A stretch of DNA of 34,731 nucleotides, taken from a virus (Duplodnaviria; Caudoviricetes). The DNA is taken from IMG/VR virus record IMGVR_UViG_3300032296_003686, positions 1 to 34,731 of that record. One strand, written 5' to 3'. This document shows, one piece after another, positions 1 through 6,847 of this stretch (its first letter is position 1; each line of letters starts with the position of its first letter). The notes under the pieces were generated by a model, which saw only the letters and a list, made by a program, of their open reading frames with translations, searched no databases and had not been told where the DNA came from. The translations under genes and the position numbers were made by a program.

Positions 1-123
1 AGGCTCAAAGCGCCGCCACTCGTGCCATCACCGTTCTGGCCGCGAGCACGCGAAACCTCGCCTTCACTCGCAATGCCATCCTGCTCGGCACCCGCCTCCC
101 CGCGCTGCCTGCGGAAGGTGACA
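1..123 (+). repeat. Terminal direct repeat, copy 1 (circular assembly overlap)
   Basis: Bases 1-123 are identical to 34609-34731 and lie in the middle of the capsid gene. Confidence 0.97.
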
Positions 124-278
124 TGGCTACGGATCGCGAAACCATCGTCGATGACCGCACCGGCCTTGCGTTTGAGGTCGCCTGCTACCCCGGCTTCCGC
201 ATGGTCACCTACCACGTCAGCCTCGCCTGGGGTGTCGCAGTGATGAAACCGGAGCACATTGCCACCATCATCGGCTAA
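3..278 (+). CDS. C-terminal part of major capsid protein, continuing from 33723 across the circular join
   Basis: Frame 3 reads AQSAATRAITVLAASTRNLAFTRNAILLGTRLPALP...VSLAWGVAVMKPEHIATIIG* and matches the end of the window. NLAF..NAI and WGVAV..PE are typical of P22 coat (gp5)-like C-termini. Confidence 0.9.
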   Translation, partial: AQSAATRAITVLAASTRNLAFTRNAILLGTRLPALPAEGDMATDRETIVDDRTGLAFEVACYPGFRMVTYHVSLAWGVAVMKPEHIATIIG

Positions 279-327
279 CCCTTCACCCTCAGCGGTTGCT
301 TCCTCTTCCGCTGTTGGTCTGCTAAAG

Positions 328-370
328 AACCCGTCGCGCACTTGGTTGGGGCGCGGCGGGTTTTTGCGTT
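328..370 (+). terminator. Rho-independent terminator after capsid gene
   Basis: Stem AACCCGTCGCGC / GCGCGGCGGGTT followed by a T run. Confidence 0.75.
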
Positions 371-371
371 T

Positions 372-391
372 GTTGTTCACGCTTCAGCGTG
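372..391 (+). repeat. REP-like 20-mer GTTGTTCACGCTTCAGCGTG (1 of 8)
   Basis: Exact motif with hairpin CACGCT-TC-AGCGTG. Other copies at 1543, 12126, 14293, 17203 (+) and 18201, 21162, 23469 (-). Confidence 0.85.
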
Positions 392-432
392 TCCGGCTCC
401 CCTCTCCCAGTCTTCCAGTTTCCCGGTCTGGC

Positions 433-453
433 TTTGACATCCGCCGCCCGGCA
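433..453 (+). promoter_or_regulatory. TTTGACA-N12-Y|R motif (candidate late promoter), 1 of about 12
   Basis: TTGACA at 434-439 with ATG 13 nt downstream. The same geometry recurs before many late genes. Confidence 0.6.
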
Positions 454-818
454 TGCCTGCCTTTCCCCCACGTGCCTCCATCCTCGCTGAAAAAGAGCGC
501 GCCCAGGCCGCTCGCGATGAGCGCGATGGCATGCGCGTCACACTCGGCGGCCGTTCCTATCCGCAGGCGGAGGTTTTCATCGGCGGCATCAAGATCGAGC
601 CGCATGCCGATGGCAGCGGCTTCCGCCTCGCGCAGCGCATCGTCGTGAAGATCCGCAAGTCCATCCTCAAAACCGCTCCGCCGCGCGATACCCTGCTCAG
701 CATCCTCCCCGCCGGATCCACCACCGCCATCGAGTTCACCGTCCTCGAAACCACCGCCCAAAGCACCAGCGAGGTCGTCCACGCCATCGAAGCCATCCGC
801 CTCCCGCCCGCTCCCTGA
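453..818 (+). CDS. Putative head-tail adaptor/closure protein
   Basis: 121 aa, phage-like codon usage, directly downstream of the capsid gene. Function from position only. Confidence 0.55.
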   Translation: MPAFPPRASILAEKERAQAARDERDGMRVTLGGRSYPQAEVFIGGIKIEPHADGSGFRLAQRIVVKIRKSILKTAPPRDTLLSILPAGSTTAIEFTVLETTAQSTSEVVHAIEAIRLPPAP

Positions 819-1025
<207 letters not shown>

Positions 1026-1538
1026 ATGCCCCGCTCCACCCCCAGCATCCTCGCCACCGATCTCATCCTCGGCTACCTGCAGCACGCGGACAGCATCACC
1101 GCCGGCGTCCCGAATGAGGACACGCTGCCGAAGTTCCGCATGGACAGCGGCAACACCCGCTCCGCGCCCTGCCTCAGCCTCAATGGCATGGAAAGCGAAG
1201 ACAGCAACGGAGCCCGCCGCACCGTCACCGTCGTCGGCCTCATGCCCTACCTGCTGCGCAACAGCGATGCCAACAAGCCCACCGATGCCGCCAGCCAGTC
1301 CCGCACCATCACCGCCGCCACCGCCTCCGGCTACATCGAGCAAATGGAGGCCCGCCTCCGCGATCGCGACGCCTTCTTCGCTTACTGCGGCGCCCTCAGC
1401 CAATCCGTCCGCGAAGGCTGGCAGATCATCTCCTACCGCACGCTCAAGCAACCCGAGATCCAACGCGCCGAAGGCCAGGCCCCCAATGAATGCACCCTCG
1501 CCCTCGCCGTCGAGCTAACCCTCGCCTGGGCCGTTTGA
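1026..1538 (+). CDS. Putative neck/tail terminator protein
   Basis: 170 aa with C3-rich codons, between head and tail tube genes. Function positional. Confidence 0.5.
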   Translation: MPRSTPSILATDLILGYLQHADSITAGVPNEDTLPKFRMDSGNTRSAPCLSLNGMESEDSNGARRTVTVVGLMPYLLRNSDANKPTDAASQSRTITAATASGYIEQMEARLRDRDAFFAYCGALSQSVREGWQIISYRTLKQPEIQRAEGQAPNECTLALAVELTLAWAV

Positions 1539-1626
1539 GTTCGTTGTTCACGCTTCAGCGTGCCCGCCTCTTTGACACCCGCTGCTCATCACGGACCCAA
1601 ACACTCCACCTCAACTCCACTCCTCC

Positions 1627-2115
1627 ATGAAGAAACTCCTCGCCCTCGTTTCCCTCGCCGCGCTCGTGATGCCGCTCACTGCGCCCGCCGCCGACGTCAC
1701 CGTCACCGCCGCCAACGTCATCCCCGGCCCCAATGCCGATCTCATCACCGGCGTCGCAGGTGCCACCATCACCGCCGGCCAGATCGTGTATCTCGACTCC
1801 ACGTCGAACACCTGGAAGCTCGCCGATGCCGATGCCAGCGCCGTCACCAGTGGCAGCGGTGGAGCCCTCGGCCTCGCCGCCGGTGGAGCTGCTGCCGGTC
1901 AGTCCTTCGTTGTCGTGCTCAGTGACGACAACCTCACCGTCGGCGGCACGCTCGTCATGACCGCGCCCATCTACGTCCTCAGCGGCACCGCCGGTGGCAT
2001 CGCCCCGCTCGCCGATCTCGCCGCCGGGGATTACCCCGTCGTCCTCCTCATCGCCCGCAGCAGCACCAAGGCAGTCTTCAAGCCCCTGCGCGGACCCGTC
2101 GTCGTCTCCTCGTAG
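1627..2115 (+). CDS. Capsid decoration/cement-like beta protein with N-terminal signal peptide
   Basis: MKKLLALVSLAALVMPLTAPA-ADV looks like a Sec signal. Mature part has AGATITAGQIVYLD...WKLADAD...ALGLA, resembling DUF2190/cement-like phage proteins. Confidence 0.6.
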   Translation: MKKLLALVSLAALVMPLTAPAADVTVTAANVIPGPNADLITGVAGATITAGQIVYLDSTSNTWKLADADASAVTSGSGGALGLAAGGAAAGQSFVVVLSDDNLTVGGTLVMTAPIYVLSGTAGGIAPLADLAAGDYPVVLLIARSSTKAVFKPLRGPVVVSS

Positions 2116-2166
2116 TTTCTGCCTCCGCCTCCGACTCCGCCTCTTACTCCTCCTCCCTCATTCCTT

Positions 2167-2646
2167 ATGCACAAGCCCACCATCTATCAAGGCAGCGTCG
2201 GTCCCTGGAATGTGGACGAGCTCGCCGAAACCGGCCTCCTCACGGACACGATCAAATTTTCCCTCGACAGCGACGTGCGCAAAACCAAGGCGCACCTCAG
2301 CCCCGAGGCTCTCGATCAATACGTCCGCACCCGCACCATCACGCGCAGCCTGCTCATCGACATCGAAGGTGAAACCATCCTCGACGCCAATGGCCAGATC
2401 ACCGGCATCGCCAAAGCCTACGCCGGTCAAAACCTCTCCGTCTGCGCCCACTTCGCCGCCGCCACCATCGATGACGACGGCACCGTCACCAAGGCCGCCG
2501 TTGAGCGCCTCGGTTTCACGCGCGATCCCGCCAAGCTCCTGCAGGTGGTGAAACCCGCCATCGATCTCAGCCCGGAGACCGCCGCGAAGTTCACCACGCA
2601 GCTCGAATACTTCCCCTACATCGCCCACACCGCCGCCGCCGCCTAA
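2167..2646 (+). CDS. Putative major tail tube protein
   Basis: 159 aa, beta-rich, upstream of the chaperone pair and tape measure. Confidence 0.5.
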   Translation: MHKPTIYQGSVGPWNVDELAETGLLTDTIKFSLDSDVRKTKAHLSPEALDQYVRTRTITRSLLIDIEGETILDANGQITGIAKAYAGQNLSVCAHFAAATIDDDGTVTKAAVERLGFTRDPAKLLQVVKPAIDLSPETAAKFTTQLEYFPYIAHTAAAA

Positions 2647-2781
2647 CCGCCGCCGACAGTCCCCTCAACACCCCACCCCATTCCCTCCCATGCGCCGCAT
2701 GTCACCCGCTCAACCCGCGATGACCTGCGGCGCATGCCTTTTGTCTGACTTCTGACTTCTGACTTCTGACCACTGCCTTCC

Positions 2782-3633
2782 ATGCCTTTAATTCTGACCG
2801 ATCTCCGCCTCGCCTCCAGCCTCCTGGGGCTCGGCTTTCCCGGCACCTTGCATGCCACCGTCATCGCCGCCACGCGGGAGTTGCGCGTCGAGGTTCACTT
2901 TGACGGCCCCAGCCCGCGTTTCCCGCAGTTGCACGCCCGCCAGCTCATCGCCCAGTGGCAGGATTCCCGCTTCCTGCGGCCTCTGCCGCTCGATGAGCAC
3001 GTCACGCTCCCCGCGCAGCCGCTGCACGTCTTCGCCGTCTCCATGCGCGCGCAGATGGCCTACGATGCCTATCAGAAAGTCCAGGCTGAAGGCGGCAGTA
3101 TCCTCGCCACGCCCGTCCTCTGGCGCACACGACCGGACACCCCGGAAATCATCGTCGCCTATGAGGCGAAGGTGGAAAAGCTCGCCTGCATGAGTCGTCC
3201 GCTGCTCACCCGCACGCTCGATGAGCTGCGCCTCGCCGCCGCGGTCCTCCCGCTCGGCTTTCCACCTTACCGCATCCACGGCAGCACCGGCGCGCATACC
3301 TACGAGCTGCCCTGCAGCGGCCTGCCCATCCACGACAGCGCCGAGCAAGTCGTCACCCATTCCCTCGCCCCGCTCATCGCCTGGGCCCCGCAGGGAGAAA
3401 AGCGCCTCGCCCTCTTCGACTCGCAGCCCCTGCATCCCGTCGTCACCGCCTACGATGCCCTCTTTGCCCGTGGCGAGCTCAAAAAAGAGATCCACCACGC
3501 CAAAGCCAACCTCCTCCTCCAAAGCCGCGCCCAGCTCGGCCTGCAGGCCCTCGTCACCCTCAACGCCAAGCCTCACGTCATGCGCCAGATCGAGCGCCAC
3601 TTCCACGCCCCGCCCGGCAGCATTGAAGCGTGA
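2782..3633 (+). CDS. Hypothetical protein with internal domain duplication
   Basis: TDLRLASSLLGLGFP resembles DELRLAAAVLPLGFP, and QPLHV...AYDA resembles QPLHP...AYDA. Confidence 0.7.
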   Translation: MPLILTDLRLASSLLGLGFPGTLHATVIAATRELRVEVHFDGPSPRFPQLHARQLIAQWQDSRFLRPLPLDEHVTLPAQPLHVFAVSMRAQMAYDAYQKVQAEGGSILATPVLWRTRPDTPEIIVAYEAKVEKLACMSRPLLTRTLDELRLAAAVLPLGFPPYRIHGSTGAHTYELPCSGLPIHDSAEQVVTHSLAPLIAWAPQGEKRLALFDSQPLHPVVTAYDALFARGELKKEIHHAKANLLLQSRAQLGLQALVTLNAKPHVMRQIERHFHAPPGSIEA

Positions 3634-3663
3634 GGAAGTTCAAAGTTCAAAGTTCCAAGTTTC

Positions 3664-4068
3664 ATGAGCAGCCTCGCCCAACTCATCGCCGATGAAAAAC
3701 GCATGACAGATGCGGAGCACCGCGAACTCATCAGCCGCGGCTACAAACCCAGCGTCGTCGAATTTCTGCACGATCGCGGCTTCCGCGAAGCGGGCGAGAT
3801 CCGCCACGATGACGGCACCACCTCGCCCACCTTCCTGCGCCAAACGCATTTCCCGCACCTGCACATCCCGGTGCATCCCGGCGACGATCTCGACAACGTC
3901 ATCACCGCCATCTACGACGCCGGCTACAGCGACGGCGGCGACCGCATCGCCACCCAGTGGCAATCCTTCCAGGCCGCCGTCAAACGCCCGCGCCGCCCCT
4001 CCGAAACTGAGCGCAGCATCGAGCAGCGCCTCAAAGCCCTCGAAGACAAACTGAGCACTGAGCACTGA
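3664..4068 (+). CDS. Hypothetical protein
   Basis: 134 aa with typical codon usage, flanked by heptamer arrays on both sides. Confidence 0.7.
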   Translation: MSSLAQLIADEKRMTDAEHRELISRGYKPSVVEFLHDRGFREAGEIRHDDGTTSPTFLRQTHFPHLHIPVHPGDDLDNVITAIYDAGYSDGGDRIATQWQSFQAAVKRPRRPSETERSIEQRLKALEDKLSTEH

Positions 4069-4107
4069 GCACTCATTCCGCATTCGTCATTCATCATTCC
4101 CCTTCCC

Positions 4108-4578
4108 ATGCTCCCTCACCTCTTCAACTCCCTCCCGCTTCAGCCCTGGTCCTCGCGCCGCGAGATGCTCTACCTCGCCCTCACCAGTCACCTCACCGAC
4201 GGCGGCGACTTCCTCGCCCAGGTCGAAAACCCCCTCGAATTCCTCCCCGTGCTGGAAAATGAACTCCGCGAGCAGCTCGCCAAGTCTCCGCGTCCCCAAG
4301 TCTCCGAGTCTCCCAGTCTGGATTCCCTCATCTCCTGGCCCCGCTTCCAGCGCGCCGCCGCGCGCGTCCTCTGGCTCGCGCAGCGCAGCAAAGAGGAGAT
4401 CCTCGGCCTGCGCAGCCTCCCGGAGATGCAGGCCGCCATCGATGCCTGGGCGGAGGAAAGCCTGCCCGATGAGCACTTGCGCGAAGCCGTCCGCCTAGCC
4501 CATCACATCCGCACCGAGCATCGCGACCGCATCGTCATCCCGCGACCGCAGAAAGGCGCGGACAACGCGGGAAACTAG
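4108..4578 (+). CDS. Tail assembly chaperone (gpG-like)
   Basis: Ends GCG GGA AAC TAG, with an in-phase G GGA AAC slippery heptamer before the stop. Lies between tube and tape measure. Confidence 0.75.
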   Translation: MLPHLFNSLPLQPWSSRREMLYLALTSHLTDGGDFLAQVENPLEFLPVLENELREQLAKSPRPQVSESPSLDSLISWPRFQRAAARVLWLAQRSKEEILGLRSLPEMQAAIDAWAEESLPDEHLREAVRLAHHIRTEHRDRIVIPRPQKGADNAGN

Positions 4579-4826
4579 CCTTGCCCGGCGAATGGGCGTG
4601 GTTTCACGCCCTCCTCGCGCGGGCCCTGCCCGGCACCACCCGCGAAGAGCGCGAGTGGCACACCTCCCTCACCGAAGCCCATGAAGCCATCCACGCCGCC
4701 GCCCTCCTCCATGCCGAGCCCGTCATCTGGCCCGATCCCGCCCGCTCCGAAATCGGCCGCGAACTCCGCGCCGCCGCCACCTACATCCGCCAGATCCAGA
4801 CCGAAGGCCTCCCGTGTGATTTGTGA
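4569..4826 (+). CDS. -1 frameshift extension (gpT-like part of gpGT), slippery site GGGAAAC at 4569-4575
   Basis: The -1 frame GGG AAA CTA GCC TTG CCC GGC GAA TGG... stays open to TGA at 4826 and has no ATG start of its own. Confidence 0.75.
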   Translation, partial: GKLALPGEWAWFHALLARALPGTTREEREWHTSLTEAHEAIHAAALLHAEPVIWPDPARSEIGRELRAAATYIRQIQTEGLPCDL

Positions 4827-4929
4827 GACGAACGTCCAAACTCTGCCGACCGAAGGGGCGGCCCAAAAGCAATGAATCAAGAAACGACTACATCCGCCCC
4901 GAAGGTTGGCAGCAGTGCCATGGTTCTGC
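4827..4929 (-). mobile_element. attC-like recombination site A
   Basis: GACGAAC..ACT-CTGCCGACC..GGGGCGG / CCGCCCC..GGTTGGCAG-C-AGT..GTTCTGC, with one extrahelical C at 4913. Confidence 0.75.
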
Positions 4930-5207
4930 CCACTTGTCCGAGCATCTTCCGCAATCACAGGCACGCAGCCGCATGGATGATCCGTATTGGTAGGGCATTG
5001 GATCAATCGAATGTGCCAATATCTCCGCACATCTCACGGCGAGACAACAACGATAACTTCGAGATTGCTCGAAAACTCATCGCCTGCGGAAAACGCATCG
5101 CAGAAAAGTATGGTGATGAAAGCAAGGAATCAAAGCTCCGAGCTAGGCTTCGTGCCGCACTCGCAAGGCAGAACGAAACAAGCCCATCTACGGGCGCAAC
5201 TGAATAA
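4872..5207 (+). CDS. Cassette ORF 1, hypothetical protein
   Basis: 111 aa with lower GC and atypical codons. ATG inside site A, stop inside site B. Confidence 0.65.
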   Translation: MNQETTTSAPKVGSSAMVLPTCPSIFRNHRHAAAWMIRIGRALDQSNVPISPHISRRDNNDNFEIARKLIACGKRIAEKYGDESKESKLRARLRAALARQNETSPSTGATE

Positions 5208-5321
5208 GCGAATGATAACCACTGAAGAATTCAACGCTGTCCTGCAAGAACTGGTCAGCAAGGCCGAAAGTCGCGCTAAAGATCAAGCTGAATGCCCGTT
5301 AGATGCGGCGGCGTGTTCTGT
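5168..5321 (-). mobile_element. attC-like recombination site B
   Basis: GCAGAAC..GCC-CATCTA-CGGGC / GCCCG-T-TAGATG-C-GGC..GTTCTGT, with two extrahelical bases (5299, 5306). Confidence 0.75.
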
Positions 5322-5517
5322 AACCCGTGTCCGCTACATGGTGGACGTGCAGGCCACTAGCGGTCGATGGGACAACGTAGAGGTCCGATACACGGAAACC
5401 GAGGCAAGGGACAAAGAACGCGAATGGAGGGCTTGGCTGAATGAAAACCGCAAAGCATGGAAAGACATTCGCATCGTCAAGGAGCTAACGATTGAGCGGG
5501 TTTTACAGAACGCCTAG
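5212..5517 (+). CDS. Cassette ORF 2, hypothetical protein
   Basis: MITTEEFNAVLQELV...VLQNA*, 101 aa. ATG inside site B, 4 nt after the ORF 1 stop. Confidence 0.65.
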   Translation: MITTEEFNAVLQELVSKAESRAKDQAECPLDAAACSVTRVRYMVDVQATSGRWDNVEVRYTETEARDKEREWRAWLNENRKAWKDIRIVKELTIERVLQNA

Positions 5518-5625
5518 CTCTGGCATCGCTGCCGAGAGTGCCACACCGAACCAACCAGATACCAATATGCCCAACGACATCGAAAACACAGCGGGCAGCG
5601 ATTGCCCAGAAGCGACTTGTTCGGG
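5505..5625 (-). mobile_element. attC-like recombination site C
   Basis: ACAGAAC..GCT-CTGG-CA-TCGCTGCC / GGCAGCGA-T-TG-C-CCAG-A-AGC..GTTCGGG. Confidence 0.75.
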
Positions 5626-5833
5626 GGATGCTCCCGACTTCATCACCGAGCTACGCGAACTCTTGAACCGCCGCAGCATGGAGAACGGCAGCGATACGCC
5701 CGACTTCATCCTCGCCCAATACCTCACTGACTGCCTGCGAGCGTGGAACCGCGCTACAAAACGGCGAGAGGATTGGTATGGGCGCACACCGCAGGAAGTT
5801 TCTTCCCCGAACAAAGAGCTCACCGACCAGTGA
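5567..5833 (+). CDS. Cassette ORF 3, small phage-type hypothetical protein
   Basis: 88 aa containing LLNRRSMENGSDTPDFILAQYL, a motif I recognise from uncharacterised phage proteins. ATG inside site C. Confidence 0.7.
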   Translation: MPNDIENTAGSDCPEATCSGDAPDFITELRELLNRRSMENGSDTPDFILAQYLTDCLRAWNRATKRREDWYGRTPQEVSSPNKELTDQ

Positions 5834-5871
5834 GCCTTAGCGAACGCCGTTCGGTGCAGCGCACGTTCGCC
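5806..5871 (-). mobile_element. attC-like recombination site D (short, terminal)
   Basis: Minus strand reads GGCGAAC GTGC GCT-G-CACCGA...TCGGTG-AGC TCTTT GTTCGGG, a textbook attC layout. Confidence 0.8.
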
Positions 5872-5950
5872 ATTCATTCCTCATTCCTCATTCCTCATTC
5901 TGGTTTCGTCATTCCCGCGCAGCGGGCTGCTTTGACTCCCGCCGCCTTGC

Positions 5951-6727
5951 GTGTCCACCGGCCTCATCACCATCGACAACGCCGCCTTCTCCGCGGCGCT
6001 CGCGCGCTTCGTGGCCACGTCCAAAAAGAGCAGCATCGAGCTCATGCGCCAGCAGGCGCGGCTCTTGTTTGTCGAGGTGGCCAACGTCACCCCGCCTGCT
6101 GGCGGCAAAACGGGTGCCACGCTCAAAGGCAAGGCCGCTGAAAAGGCCGGACAGCTCGCCATCGTGCGCGATTATCATCAGCTCTACGGCATGCCCGGCC
6201 GCGCGTATGGCGACATTCAAGCCAAGAGCCAACGCGCCGCCGATGCCTTCTGGTCGCACCACAAACAAGGCCGCGATCGTCAGGCCGGGCAGATCGTCAA
6301 ATCCGTGCTCGGCAAATCCTTCGTGCCCTTTGATGGCGGCAAGGCCGCGCGCGGCTTCCTCGGCAAAAAGCGCCGCAAGGAAGCGCTCTTCTACATCTCC
6401 AATCCCGCCGCGCTGCAGGAACATGTGCGCACCCTGCAGGAGCACGTTTGGTTCCTCGCCAGCGGCTGGGGGCATGCGCTACGCCAGCTCGGCGCGAGGC
6501 TCCCCTACGGCATCGACAAACACGCCGCCGCCCCCGGCTTCCTCCGCGTCAGCATCACTGAGCAGGCCATCGAGATCGCCATGGTCAACGACGTCCGCTA
6601 CGCCCGCCAGATCAAGCAATTCCAGGCGCAGATCGCCTTCGCCATGAAAGTCCGCGAAGGAGCCCTCACCCGCCGCTACGAAGCCTGGCTCGCCGCCCTC
6701 GCCAAACGCGGCCTCAAAAGTTCGTAG
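5951..6727 (+). CDS. Putative tail completion/neck protein (HK97 gp10-like position and basic composition)
   Basis: 258 aa, basic, GTG start 13 nt after TTGACT, with N(D)VRYA motif near the C-terminus. Confidence 0.55.
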   Translation: MSTGLITIDNAAFSAALARFVATSKKSSIELMRQQARLLFVEVANVTPPAGGKTGATLKGKAAEKAGQLAIVRDYHQLYGMPGRAYGDIQAKSQRAADAFWSHHKQGRDRQAGQIVKSVLGKSFVPFDGGKAARGFLGKKRRKEALFYISNPAALQEHVRTLQEHVWFLASGWGHALRQLGARLPYGIDKHAAAPGFLRVSITEQAIEIAMVNDVRYARQIKQFQAQIAFAMKVREGALTRRYEAWLAALAKRGLKSS

Positions 6728-6738
6728 TTTTTCGTTTT

Positions 6739-6758
6739 GTAGTCCCGGCTTCAGCCGG
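6739..6758 (+). repeat. GTAG-type REP-like element GTAGTCCCGGCTTCAGCCGG
   Basis: GTAG tetranucleotide plus hairpin CCGGCT-TC-AGCCGG, same architecture as the 8-copy 20-mer. Confidence 0.65.
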
Positions 6759-6847
6759 TCCGCCTTCATTCGTCTTTCCTCATTCTGGTTTCGTCATTCC
6801 CGCGCAGCGGTCCGCTTTGACACCCGGCGCTCCTCAAACGCCACCCC

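Noticed and set aside
1-123. Biological terminal repeat of the virion DNA
   Set aside because: It falls mid-capsid gene and has k-mer-like length. It is best explained as assembler overlap of a circular contig.
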